Shown in pieces: positions 1 through 12,772 of a DNA stretch of 64,000 bases. The DNA comes from Chiloscyllium plagiosum (taxonomy: Eukaryota): assembly GCF_004010195.1 (NCBI RefSeq), contig NC_057711.1, forward strand, positions 75,387,764 through 75,451,763. The letters run 5' to 3'. A program made the position numbers and the translations under genes. Each line of letters starts with the position of its first letter. Position 1 is the first letter of the stretch. Below the pieces are notes generated by a model. It saw only the letters and a list, made by a program, of their open reading frames with translations. It was not told the origin of the DNA and did no database searches.

Positions 1-313
1 GTGTGTGTGTTCTCAGTGACAGTGCACTGTTTCAGCAGTTCCTAGTGTGCGTGTTCTCAGTGACAGTGCACTGTTTCAGCAGTTCCTAGTGTGCGTGTTC
101 TCAGTGACAGTGCACTGTTTCAGCAGTTCCTAGTGTGCGTGTTCTCAGTGACAGTGCACTGTTTCAGCAGTTCCTAGTGTGCGTGTTCTCAGTGACAGTG
201 CACTGTTTCAGCAGTTCCTAGTGTGCGTGTTCTCAGTGACAGTGCACTGTTTCAGCAGTTCCGAGTTGTGTGAGTGTGTTCTCAGTAACAGTGCACTATT
301 TCAGCAGTTCCGA
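1..313. repeat. 44-bp tandem repeat (minisatellite), ~7 copies, truncated by the window start
   Basis: Unit GTGTGCGTGTTCTCAGTGACAGTGCACTGTTTCAGCAGTTCCTA starts at 1, 45, 89, 133, 177 and 221, with a diverged 7th copy to ~313. Each unit contains the 12-bp palindrome ACAGTGCACTGT. There are no spacers. Confidence 0.95.
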
Positions 314-330
314 GATATGTGTGTGTGTGT

Positions 331-873
331 TGCAGTTGTATAAGACTCTGGTGCGGCTGCATCTGGAGTATTGTGTGCAGTTTTGGTCGCCATACTATTG
401 GAAGGATGTGGAGGCACTGGAACGGGTGCAGAGGGGGTTTACCAGGATGTTGCCTGGTATGGTAGGAAGATTGTATGAGGAAAGGCTGAGGCACTTGGGG
501 TTGTTTTCAATGGTGTAAAGAAGGTTTAGGGGTGACTTGATAGAGGTGTACAATATGATTAGGGGTTTAGATAGGGTTGACCATGACAACCTTTTTCCAC
601 GTATGGAGTCAGCTATTACGAGGGGGCATAGCTTTAAATTAAGGGGTGGTAGGTATAGGACAGATGTTAGGGGTAGATTCTTTACTCAGTGAGTCGTGAG
701 TTCATGGAATGCCCTGCCATTGGCAGTGGTGGACTCTCCCTCTTTATGGGCATTTAAGCGGGCATTGGATAGGCATATGGAGGATAGTGGGCTAGTGTCG
801 GTTAGGTGGGCTTGGATCGGCGCAACATCGAGGGCCAAAGAGCCTGTACTGCGCTGTATTTTTCTATGTTCTA
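331..873 (+). mobile_element. CR1-clade LINE, 5'-truncated 3' fragment (ORF2 C-terminus and 3' tail)
   Basis: Translates as LYKTLVRLHLEYCVQFWSPYYWKDVEALERVQRGFTRMLPG, a typical CR1 ORF2 C-terminal block. Ends in a TTCTATGTTCTA microsatellite-like tail. Confidence 0.92.
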
Positions 874-877
874 GAGG

Positions 878-1137
878 GCACTGAAAACATTCCTGTGGAT
901 CTAGATTCATATGAAGGTTACACCAGGTAAGGATGACAGATTTTCTTCCTTAAAAGTGATTAGTGAGTCAGATGAGTTTTTGCAATAACTCATTTTAATT
1001 TTGAAAATTTAAGATTTTTATTGAATTCCAATTTTAATCATTGAACATAGTGGGATTTGAACATATGTCCCCAGAATATTAACCGAGAGTTCCACAGCAC
1101 TAGTCCAGTCCCATTTCCATTATACCACCATCTCCCC
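878..1137 (-). mobile_element. Decayed SacSINE1-like DeuSINE
   Basis: The reverse complement starts GGGAGATGGTGGTATAATGG...GGGGACATATGTTCAAATCCCAC (A/B-box-like). It contains CATCTGACTCACTAATCAC...GGAAGAAAATCTGTCATCCTTACCTGG, homologous to the copy at 57760-58110. Confidence 0.7.
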
Positions 1138-3199
1138 TTAGTTTGTTATTTGTCAGTTTTGGAAATAATATTTAACTGTATAACTTCTGCCAAAAAGGCA
1201 TGGATTTGAAATTAAGTTCCCATCACCTCTATCAGAAATGCAATGTAGTGAAACTCCGCAGCCTACGTTGTTGTCTCCACAGTTGGGATGCAGAGTCAGA
1301 ATGTGTCCCAGCTCCACAAAGGCAACCTGGAAGAATACACCCTGAAACTTGGGACTTTTATTCTAACTTGACAGGGTTCCATAGAAGTTGAACAAGGTGA
1401 ACCCAGAATGAGTGCAGAGGTGCATTGACTGGTTACAAGGCCAGCCTCAGTGTGCCAGCATTGTGTTGAAGTTTTAAGAAGCTGAAGCACATCTTTAGCT
1501 CTCACCCCTCAAATGTCCTGTATCAGCCAATACCACCTGACAGCCCGTGCACACCCTTTTCTGACTCCTCAATCTCCATATTAACTTTTATACAGTGCAC
1601 AGCTCCCTTTTTGGATCCTTTTATCCTTCATGTCATCCTATGCCCCACTGCCCATTACCCTGATCCTTTACAACTCCTATCTCAATTTAATAACAACTCA
1701 TGCCCCACTTACCACCATTTTCCATTTAAGCATACCGTGCTAACATAGGCACTATCTACCATAAGCGGATGTGAAGATTCAAGCTAAGATGAAACAGTAT
1801 GTACTTCTATGTGACCGTAGCCAAATTTATTTAAAAATGAGATGCATTAATCCATTAAAAAACACTACATTTAATTTTCTTCAAATACATGATTTAAAGC
1901 CATAAATCTTTCATACAACGCATAAGAATAACTTAAAACTCATAGGCCCTCATCAAAGAGCCTATGACTACTTGGCTCTCTCCAATTCAAAAATTCATGA
2001 CCATTTACAGTCACCTTTCACATTAAAATGTGACATTTTGGAGATTTACTCTTGACAGTTCCTCCAGACAAATTCTCATGATACTTTTCACATTTTCACT
2101 TGACCACTCCAATGATTTTGATCTCCCTCAAAGGTGTACCAGGAAAGAGATGCTTTACCTTTCCAAAAGGGTATTCTGACTATCCAAATGAAAGGTCACA
2201 CCCAGCTGCACCTGGGTCACAAACTTCAGTTGAGTTTTAAAGGGGCAGTTCCATAAAGCCCACATTCTAGCTCCTTTTAAAATGTAGATGCCGTATCAGG
2301 CAGTGGAACTTCTGCATTTTGACCAAGTCCATCATTTACAGGATGACATAAATGCTCTCGACTGTTGCAAAAATCCAGGCAGTGGTCCTCAATAGCTAAT
2401 ATTGTAGATATCCATCGTAGGATCTATGATTCACATAATCAGTGGCCATGCTGTACAAAAGCTGTAAGCATGTCATGCCTTCTTATCTAGAATCTGGTCT
2501 TACGTGATTCTCGATCTATGTCTGATTGACTCCTCGCTGTGAACAGACTGAGCTGGTCACTTGGTTGTTTTGAAGGTGGCTCACTACCACATTCGCAAGA
2601 CCAATAAGACATGTCTTTACCAGTAAAGACAATGTCCCATAAATAAGTAGAAAATAAAACTACCTTATGGACAAAAACCTTGAACAGAATAAAACTTTTT
2701 TTTTGTTTTTTTTTAATGTCTTAAAAGGTGCAAAAGATAAATCATTTGAACACTTTGCTGGTGATTCATTTTAGACCTTTGTAAGGTCCCATATATGAGC
2801 TAACAGCTAACAATGATGCTGGGTATACCCAGTGAAAGTGCAATGGTTTACATAAGACTCGATAGGATAGACTAGACTGAAACATGCCTTTCAGCCCAAT
2901 CAGTCTATCCTGGTGTTTGTGCTCCATTTTATCCTAATGAGACAATCTCCCCAGACATTGTTACTTGGACAAGGTGGGAAGAATATTTACTCACGGTTCA
3001 CAACTGTGGATTTAAGCTGAATAATGCACAGTATGGAAGCAGGTGGAACTGAGTTCAACCTTGTTTGTAACTGTTTGGTACCTCCTTTTATGATGATTTG
3101 GAGCTAATTGGATATGTGTGTATCACTGCCAATGAATTCCCCCATTATCTTATCTTTGTCCATCAGATTACATTTATGCCTTCAATATAACCCTTATGC

Positions 3200-3755
3200 A
3201 CTTACCTCTGCAGACTTATACCATTAGATTACAGGAAGGACATAATTGCTGTAGAGAGAGTACAGAAGAGATTTACAAGAATGTTGACCAGAGTTAAAAA
3301 TTGTAGTTGTGATGAAAGATTACATAGGTTGGAGCTGTTTTCCTTAGAACAGAGGAGGCTGGACAGTGACTTAATCAAGATGCACAAAATAATGAGGAGT
3401 TTGGACAGAGTGGAGAAGGAAGATCTATTTCCTGTAGTGGCTGGGTCAGTTACCGGGGGAACAAATTTAAGGTGATCAGTAGAAGGATTTGAGGGGATGT
3501 GAGGAAAAAATGTTGCCTCCCAGAGGATGATGTCTGTCTGGAATTTGCTACAGGTTTGGTAATTTGAGGGAGATTACCTTCAACTCTTTGAAAAAGAACC
3601 ACAATCTGCACCTAAAGTGTTGTAATCTGCAAGACTACTAAACAGATGCTGGAAAGTGGGATTAAAATGGGCAGTTGGCCAGTTCAGCCAGTGTAGACAT
3701 GATGTGCTAAATGACCTCTCTTTGTGCTGTAACTTTTCAGTGACTATGAAATTCT
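3200..3755 (+). mobile_element. Old CR1 LINE 3' fragment
   Basis: ORF 3281-3475 reads ERLHRLELFSLEQRRLDSDLIKMHKIMRSLDRV, matching the CR1 ORF2 end. A decayed 3' tail follows. Confidence 0.85.
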
Positions 3756-3764
3756 AAGACCCAT

Positions 3765-3960
3765 TGATTGTGGACTTGCTTAGCCTTGTTTGCATCCACA
3801 ATTTGGAATGAAAATAATCCAGCATCCTAGCTTCATTACGTGACACCTCATGTTTAGGTATTGCCTGTTGCTGTTCCTGGCATGCGCTCTTGGATTCATT
3901 TATTGAACCAGGATTGATCTTCCAGCTTGGTGGTAATGGTCGACATAGAGGGATGGCCTT
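3765..3960 (-). mobile_element. Old CR1/L2-type LINE internal fragment (probably the same family as 50860-51760)
   Basis: The reverse strand reads CCATTACCACCAAGCTGGAAGATCAATCCTGGTTCAATAAATG... (..DQSWFN.. tether-like motif). Recognised by resemblance only. Confidence 0.45.
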
Positions 3961-4475
3961 ACCATAATGTCAAATCCATGGATAAACAGAAAATTAAAGC
4001 TCCCTTACAGCCAGAATCCTTTGAAAGAACCAATTTTTTTTTTCTTCAAGTTTCCTTAGGGAACAAAAGACCAATCATTTATGGTGATCTTGAGCTGATG
4101 ACAATCTTTGGCAGAATGCAATTCTGCTATGCACTGTTGCCTTTGCATCGTGCCTGGACCTCCTTTTACCCCATTGCATACTGCCTCTCCTCACTGTATT
4201 CTAATCTCATTAATTAACCCTCACCAAAATGCACCCAAATATATTTATGAACAATAGAGATGTATTCTAATGGCTTTTCTAACTCTGCCAGCAATTGAAA
4301 ATCTGAATTACATGAACTTGCACGTATTAAAGCTTATGTTTTTAATTTTCCAATTGTGGACAAAGTGCTCGTATGTTATAGACCGACAGAAAGAATAACA
4401 AATATGTCTATTATGTGAACTGGAAATAATGATGCAAGAATATTGCAGTTAGAAATCTAATATTTCCTTTAGTAG

Positions 4476-4900
4476 AGAATTAGAAAATGCACTTTTATAC
4501 ATACTGATGCTCAAAACATTGAGCAAGTCATCTGGCCTAATGTAATAGCTGAGAAAGCACTGAATTTTTCTGGAGAAGAATTATGTACAAACTCCATATT
4601 ACAAATCAAACAATCAACATGGATCGAAAGGTTCTTTGCTACACCAGATCCCAGAAGACTCTCTTATTATTCATTTTGGGCTACTGGAAGCCCTGACAAA
4701 ACTGACATTTATTGCTGGTTCGAATTGAACTCTAAATGGTGAAGGGGCTTCCTTCTGCTCGTTGCAATAGTGTGGGATGCTCGACCAATTCAGAAGTCAA
4801 TTATTCAAACAGCTTCCTGATGGAAAACGGCGCTATTGCAAGACTCGCTACTACAATCACAAACCAATTTGAAATCGCATGGAAAATGAACTATGTAAAA
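4476..4900 (+). mobile_element. Possible ancient Helitron PIF1-helicase relic (frameshifted)
   Basis: Stop-free frame 4476-4742 (..IEQVIWPNV..EELCTNSIL..LSYYSF..ELNSK) overlaps ORF 4736 GLPSARCNSVGCSTNSEVNYSNSFLMENG. The spacing resembles the Helitron helicase LNS..GLPPH.L.LKVG.PIMLLRNL....LCNG. Low identity, judged by eye. Confidence 0.4.
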
Positions 4901-7900
4901 ATATGCCACTACTTGTTTTATATGTATTGTCAAACAGACTAATGCTTAAATGTCAGATTTTCTTGTGTCCATGTAACTACCATAAAATAATCATGGATTA
5001 TTTAAATGTCTAACTAGATCCTTTAAAATGACCCTACTCTTTCACTGACAAGGTCACACAGATTCAATGCAACTGATAGCAGGAAAGTATCTACCCCAAA
5101 CATTTTTCAGAAACAATGAACTGTACCTTATGTTAATAACATTTAAACATATCTGGTTGCACTAAAATATGACATCTCATTGTATGGAAGATAAAATCAA
5201 ATTCTATGAGAAGCTCTTTATTTTATAATTCACTCATATCACGGATGTGTTCCTGGGCTGGGTGCTTCCCATTCCATTCTACCCCACACTATAGTCTCGT
5301 TGTTCTATAATTCTGATAGCTGATAGGGATACGGTGAGAAGCTATTGAACTTTTAGCAGACTAGTTATTTAACACTTGTCAATAGAAGGGGAAGAAGTTT
5401 GATACAGTGCAAGCAAAGTGCACAGTTTCACGGGCTGTTTTACCCAGGACAATGATGACATTGTATTCTTTTTTTTCAACATATCACAGAAACTCAATAA
5501 TTAATGCAACATTGAGTGCGAGTAAATGCTTTGAGAGACTTTTTGACATGAGAGATGAAGTGCACTCTCAACTTCCCGGGAATGATAGAATCAGAACTTT
5601 CATGTTCCACTGCAAACAGCTCTGAACTGGCTACATAAAGGCAAAACCACTTTTTACACAGACTTGCCACATCAGTTATTTTTTAATTTTGTAATTTTAT
5701 CCTGTTTTTGTATCCACAGAGAAGTTTGGAGTCAGTGAAAGGAAGTGGCAGTGTGCCATGTTACAAATTGACAAACATAAACTGATTTCATTATTTGTTA
5801 TTGTGACTTTGCTCTCTGTAAAACATGATTTCAAACCTATATGTCTCCACTAGCACATGAAATTTAACCATAAAGCTTCTGTTTATAGATTCAGCTCTCC
5901 ATAAATAAATAGGGCATTTTACATAAATTCCAAAAAGATATCCGTTTTGAAAACCGTTTCAGTCTGATGTATATTCAGTTTCTCTGATTAAGAAAGAGAA
6001 TCGAAGATGACATCCTTTTCACCATAATGGTTGTGTATTTTCTCGGCTTGTTTCCTGCCATACCTGTCAATAGTTTTCGAGAACAGAGCTTTGTTCACAT
6101 TTATATATACCTGATGTAATACCTCAAAATATAAGTGCATAAATAGGGCAAATTCCATCCACTGTATGGGTCTCTGGGAATTTCCTAAATGTTTAAATAC
6201 TAAGTCGGTTGTGAATTTGCCAATGATTCAAGTTCCTCCCGTTCCTTGCTTCAATTAAAGACATGTGGTACCACAATCTACTTGCAACATTGTAAATTAT
6301 TTTTTACAATCTGAGACTCCCCCACCCTTAAATCCAATGCATTGCTTAGGTTTGATCCAAAAGTTTCTTTCTGGTTGGGAGACTTTCTATCTTTAAGTGA
6401 TGTACATCTTAAGTGCTGCTTATGATGAGAACAGTGATGGAAGGTTTCTGATTTGTACAAAAGAATGTTTATAGCTCATACTGTGTAAAATGTTAACAGA
6501 GTCATGAACAATCAGAAGCCCCATTTGGCAGTACAGATAGTTGAAAATAGCAGCAGAGATATATTTAATTTAAATAAGTGCACTTGTACTTACAGTTTGA
6601 AAATCCCACATTCTCAATGACAGAAGTCAGCAACAAAGAAAAAGGTTGATTTTTGGAGACTGAAAAGACAATAAGTGGAGGGGGGAAGGAATGAAAGCAT
6701 GAATCACGTTATGGTGGGCTGTTTAATAGTATTTTTAATGAACACACACATTTTTTCCTGCTAAGAATATGGTTCTTCAATTCACTAACATAATGAAGAA
6801 CCCATGGACTAATTCCAGCACAGTACTGTGAAGTTCTGGTAGCCTGCACCAAATCCAAGGACAATTTACCTTAATTGATATTATGACATTGTGGCTAGGC
6901 AGCCGTTCTTAAATTCATGAACGTAAGTTGTAAACCAAAGATTTATCATATGCACAATACATTTACAAGCGCTGTTATATTAACTGTGGCATGTAAGATG
7001 TTGTATCTGATTATATGTATGCTGTGTGCTGCCATAAGTTTGAGTCACCATGTTTTAGTAATTGTTGTAAGATTTTAGAGCATGTTTCATTCCCTTCATC
7101 TGATTCTTCTTCTTTTCTGACAGGTTGATAACATGGTTCACAATACAGTTTCCCTCTTGCAGACTACACACACATGTACAAATACATGTACAAACACATG
7201 AAGCTGCTGAGCTGGCAACAAAAGTACAGACTATCTTATTAGTGGTAATTTACAATCTGATATACACACATCAGTGCTTACGCCTCAGCAGGGACTGAGG
7301 AATTCTACTGAAAAATATATCTTTGTGTATAATACAGCAGGAGTTCTCAACCAAAGTTGCTCAAAGAGTATTCAAAGGTTCTTCAAAAAATAAACAACCA
7401 GTAATAAATTCCATGATGGAAATGAATCTAAACAATTTATATAATTTAATAAAAAAGAGGGAATTGAATTAAAAGTGGAAAAATAAAGTTCTTGTGATTT
7501 TGCAAAAAAAAAATTGGAAAAGGAAGCAGTGTAATGTCTAAAACTTAAGAATAAATTAAAGTTTGAGGAGTAAAATCAGTGAACACTCTTTGGTGCCGAA
7601 TGATTCTGGACGGCTGAAACTGCTGACTCTTTCTAATGGAAGTGCAACTCCACGAATGACTGCAGTTGACAGCTATTCAGGTTCTTAACAGCCTCACTGA
7701 CTCTTCTTTCTGCTGCTATGTATAGACCCCCCTTTAAAAAGGGGAATTCTAATTGTTTTAACTTCAGTTAGTGAAACTAATGTTTCTTTTTGTAGGGGTA
7801 AGATTTGTGCTTGTTTACAGATGGACCCAAACTGTAGCTATTTCAGTTTGAAAGAAATTCAGAGCCTACAGCCCATTCTTTCTCATTTATAAATGATCAC

Positions 7901-7956
7901 CAATCCCTTGAGACTGGTTGAGGACAACCATGAATGTACTTTTTAAAAAGATGCGA

Positions 7957-8355
7957 CTGGAGTGTCGGAGGCTGAGGGGTGACCTAATAGAGGTTTACAA
8001 AATTATGAGGGGCATGGATAGGGTAAATAGGCAAAGTCTTTTCCCTGGGGTGGGGGAGTCCAGAACTAGAGGGCATAGGTTTAGGGTGAGAGGGGAAAGA
8101 TATAAAAGAGACCTAAGGGGCAACTTTTTCACACAGAGGGTGGTACGGGTATGGAATGAGCTGCCAGGGGAAGTGGTGGAGGCTGGTACAATTGCAACAT
8201 TTAAAAGGCATTTGGATGGGTATATGAATAGGAAAGATTTGGAGGGATATGGGCCGTGTGCTGGCAGATGGGACTAGATTGGGTTGGGATATCCGGTCGG
8301 CATGGACGGGTTGGACCGAAGGGTCTGTTTCCATGCTGTACATCTCTATGACTCT
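7957..8355 (+). mobile_element. Young HER1-like CR1 LINE 3' fragment
   Basis: Translates as LECRRLRGDLIEVYKIMRGMDRVN...NFFTQRVVRVWNELP...GRWD*. The 3' tail is GGACCGAAGGGTCTGTTTCCATGCTGTACATCTCTATGACTCT. Confidence 0.95.
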
Positions 8356-8573
8356 TGAAACACAATCTGTCCCATTGACTAGCAACTCATTTATTATGTT
8401 CTCTGTCTAGGTGTGTGACAAGACTGATTTACCACCCACACCCCTCTCACTGGTCAATGATGGAAATATGCTTTTATCTAATCCTTCTTGGCACATTGGA
8501 ATGTCTCATTTGATCTCCAAACTGCTCATAGCATATGCCATTGTGGGCCAAACCCCCTTCCATTACTCTTGTG

Positions 8574-8740
8574 TCCCACAGTCCAAAGATGTGCAGGTCA
8601 GGTGAATTGGCCTTGCTAAATTGCCCGTAATGTTAGGTGAAGGGGTAAGGGTATGGGTGGGTTGCGCTTCGGCGGGTCGGTGTGGACTTGTTGGGCCGAA
8701 GGGCCTGTTTCCACACTGTAGGTAATCTAATCTAATCTAA
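8574..8740 (+). mobile_element. HE1-type SINE, 5'-truncated
   Basis: TCCCACAGTCCAAAGATGTGCAGGTCAGGTGAATTGG... through GGGCCGAAGGGCCTGTTTCCACACTGT and (TAATC)n. Nearly identical to the 3' half of 12773-13086. Confidence 0.93.
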
Positions 8741-10495
8741 ACTGCCACTTGGCCAAGCACATGGTCAGACATATGTTGGAGAGTTGTGTAGAGGAAAGGT
8801 CTGCATATGGAGTCACAGATCAAGGAGCAGCCTGTTATCAGGGAGGGGTGGGAGGAAGGACAACTCGCAAGATGGTGAACTTACATAAGCATCCAGCACA
8901 CCATAGCAGTTGCTGTATTAGCAGATCAGCCATAAAAGAAAGTCCTATGCTCTCTGTTAAGGATTATAAAGGGGTCTGGTATCATTTTTGAACAGAGTCT
9001 AGAGTCCATCCTTTCCAACGTGTAAATGATCACCAATTCCTTGCCTGGTTGAGGATGGATCAATGATGCAGCATCTACTGCCAACGTCTCTATTGAAACA
9101 CATGCAGAAGCCCCTCAATATGAATGCAACAGTGTAAGATCGGACTGAGGCTATAAAACTTCAACTTGTTGCTGTGCAAATGCAGCTTTCAGTCCCATGT
9201 AGGGTCAGGCTGCTACATCATAGCTGCAGATACCAAGAGGCAAAGGAACATGAATCCACTGTCCACCTCAGAATGACAGCATTCACATTCTCACCATGAC
9301 CAATGCTCCTGTGTCCTTGCTGTTGTACAAGCGCTAATACTCTGCTGCACATGTCAAGGTGCTTCAACCCAAAACCAGGCTTTAGATGACCAGAGCTGCT
9401 CAATATCATCCTGCAAAGCCAATTTCAGTCTCTACTACTGAAAATCAGCAGCCTTTCACTGATTGTTCTAGTGCTAGCTAACCTAGAGGTTGCAGCACAA
9501 AGACACACGGGAGTGCGGACAAGTGTAATTTCATAACTTCTGTGTGGAATATTTGATTTTTGGATTATTTGTTTTATAAGGGTTTTATATTTCAACATTA
9601 CCATCCTAACCACAATGTGATAGGCAACAAAAGAAGGTTGCAGTTTGGGACTGTTGATGAGCAGGGAATTAGGATTGTGTTCATTGGCTCATCCAACTGT
9701 GATAATGATCATAGATGGAAAAGGTATGCATTGGTTGATTCTTTTGGCTCCTTCTCAACTATTGTTGTATACCTGCTGCAAGGAATGCGCCCTCATGATG
9801 GTCTGTATTAGAGTTGCTATAGAGCAGTCCAGACAGCTGAAGAGTTGATTAGGCATCCTAATGATCTGCTCAATGATATTTCATGTGGTAGTATGGCGCT
9901 CACTATTTATTTTCACTGATTTTATATATTTATGAAATTCATCAAGGAACCACAAAAGTGTAGAGAAATTCAACAGTAAACAAACTTAAACTTAATGCAT
10001 GAATATTTGGGATAATGTTGATGAACTGACAGTGAAAATCAAAGTTATGGAAACTTGGTCACAAGGAGATCAAAACTGGGAATGTAGCATTCAGGAATAT
10101 TTGACCTTTTTTCAGAGACAAATGTGATGGAAAAGTTGGTGGAGTAGCACTATTAATGAGAAACCAAATGAGGACATTTGTGAGAGATGATCTAAGTTCA
10201 AATCATGCAGAGTCATCTGGCTGGAGGCAAAACCAGCAAGGAAAGAAGATATTGGTAGGAGTAAAGTACAGATCCACAAACAGTTGCCAGTCTGTGGGAA
10301 AGGCTATAAATCAACAAATAATCAGTGCATGTCAAAACCATAGAGCAATAATTATGGTTGACTTTAATCTTCTTTTGATTGAGTTAATCAAATTGGAAAG
10401 GGTACCTATAGTAATGAATTGATAAAGTGCATCAGAGGTAGATCCCTAGAACAATGTGACATGAAGCCACCTGGAAGCAGGCTACTTTGGATCTG

Positions 10496-10881
10496 TGATG
10501 TGGAGATGTTGATGTTGGACTATGGTGGACAATCGGGCTTTTGCCCGAAACGTCGATTTTGCCTGTCCTCGGATGCTGCCTGAATTGCTGTGCTCTTCCA
10601 GCACCACTGATCCAGAATGTCAGAAGTCATACAACATCAGGTTATAGTCCAACAGGTTCATTTGAAATCACAAGTTTTGAGGTAACCCCTTTGTCAGGTG
10701 AAGTGAGAGAGAAGCGCACAGGCATAGAATTTATAGACATGATAGGATTGATCTCACTGCCTCTAAATTTGTGCCTGTGTGCTTTGCTGTCACTTCACCT
10801 GACAAAGGGGCTATTCTCCGAAAGTTTGTGATTTCAAATGAACCTGTTGGACTATAACTTGGTGTTGTGTGACTTCTGACC
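10496..10881. mobile_element. Penelope-like element fold-back (inverted pseudo-LTR pair) with 9-bp TSD; carries a nested fragment of a second PLE family
   Basis: Arms 10619-10735 and 10765-10880 are imperfect reverse complements. The right arm has hammerhead-like CTGACAAAGGGGCTATTCTCCGAAAG. TTGGATCTG is duplicated at 10487-10495 and 10882-10890. Confidence 0.8.
10533..10618 (+). mobile_element. Short PLE terminal fragment (hammerhead stem II onward) nested in another PLE
   Basis: GGGCTTTTGCCCGAAACGTCGATTTT..CTCGGATGCTGCCTG..CCAGCACCACT matches 32660-32740 and 45873-45950. Confidence 0.85.
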
Positions 10882-12772
10882 TTGGATCTGATAATGGATA
10901 ATGAGGCAGATTTCATAAATAACCTCAGTAAAGTAGCCCCTAGAAAGTAGTGAACATAGCATTATGAAATTTAATATTCAGCTTGAGCATGAGAAATTTG
11001 TGTTGGAAACAACTGTATTTAACTTAAAGGGAAATAGAATTAAATGAGGATAGAGTTTGGTAAAGTGAACTGGGCGGATAGTTTATCAGGCATGAAAATA
11101 AGCAAACAGTGGCACATATTTAAGGATGTAATTCATGATTCTCAGTAAAGATACATCCCAGTAAGTACTTCCTTGCATGTTCATGGTTAGATTATCCCTC
11201 TCTTAGAATCTTTAGTTATGAAGGTGGGAAAAAAGCATGTGAAGAGGCAAGAGTCAGTGATAGCCCTGAAGACCGAGAAATTAGAATCCAGCAAAGGAGG
11301 ACCAAACAGATAATAAAGACAGAAAATAAACTGAGGGCAAATTGAAGAGCAATATTAAAAACTGACAATAAGAACTTCTTTAGATCTATAAGAAAAGAAG
11401 AGAGAGGTCAAAATGAACTTAAGCCCCTTAAAAACTGAATCTGGAAAGACAGTTAAGGAGAACAGGGAAATGGAGGTGGAATTAAACAGATATTTTGCAT
11501 CACTGTTTATGGTGGAAGATACTTTGAACATTCCACTAATACCAAGGAAAACAGGGGAGCAATTTAGTGACATCACTATCATGACACAAGTAGTATTAGC
11601 CAAACGAATGGGGCTAAAAACAAACAATCTCCTTGTCTGCAGCTGATTTGCATTATGGATCTTAAGAGGTAGCTATGGAGGAAGTAGATGCATTGGATGT
11701 AATTTTACAAAAATCTTTGGATTCTGGAGAAGTACCAGAAGATTGTAAAACTGGTAAATGTGACCCCCATATGCAAAAAGGGAGGGAAGCAAAATGTGGA
11801 TAACTATTGGCCAATTAGCCTAACATCTATCATTGGAAATGTATTGGAGTCAAATATGAAATCAAATATTAAGGAAGTTATGCAGAATATTTATGAAATC
11901 CTAATGTAACTAAGCATAGTCATCATAGCTTAATGAAAGGGAAATTGTGTCTGACTAATTTGGTAGAGTTTTTGAGGAGGACTCAACTAGACTCAACTAG
12001 GATGGACTTCTAGAAGGCATCTAACAAGATACCTCCCAAAAGGTTATCTCCACGGTGTTGGAGGTAGTATATTGACATGGATAGGGAATTAGCTGATGGA
12101 CAGATTACTGCAACTGGGGATCAGGAGTTCTTTTTCAGGTTCCACAGGAATCAGTGCTGGGACTGCAACTGCTTGCAAGATATGTTAATAGCTTTAGAAG
12201 AATGAAGTGAACATACTACAGCCAAATTTGCAGGTGACACAAAAATAGGTGGAAATGCAGGTTGTAAGAGGGATACAACCAAGTTGGAGAGAGACAGATT
12301 TAGAAAGTCAGCAAAAATTAAGTATATTGTCAGAAAATTTGAAGTTATTTGTTTTGGAAAGGAGAATAAAAGAATAGAATATTATTTAAATTGAGAAAGA
12401 CTGCCATAAATTCAAACACATAGGGACATATAGGACACATGAAACACAGAAAGCTAGCACACAGGTGCAGCAGGTAATCGGGGAAACTGATGGAGTGTTG
12501 GCCCTTGTTTCAAGGGGATTGGAGTGTAAGAGTAGGGAATTCCTACTGCAACTGTACGAGGTGCTGGTGAGACCATACATGAGTACTGTGAGAAGTTTTG
12601 GTTCCCTTATTTCAGTAAAGATATCATTTCATTGGAGGCAGTTCAGAGCAGGTTCACCAAGATGATCCCTGGTATGGAGGGATTGCTTTTATAATCAAAG
12701 GCTAAACCAATTGGGACTCGACACTGGAGTTCAGAACAATGAGAGGTGGTCTCACAGAAACAGAATTCTTAA

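Noticed and set aside
1..313. CRISPR-like array (regular repeat with an internal palindrome)
   Set aside because: The units are contiguous with no variable spacers, there are no cas genes, and the context is vertebrate DNA.
5695..7200. Splice-acceptor-like sites at ~5719 and ~7123 (also ~25348-25424 and ~27771)
   Set aside because: The downstream frames hit stops quickly or give unrecognisable peptides, and no consistent exon chain could be built.
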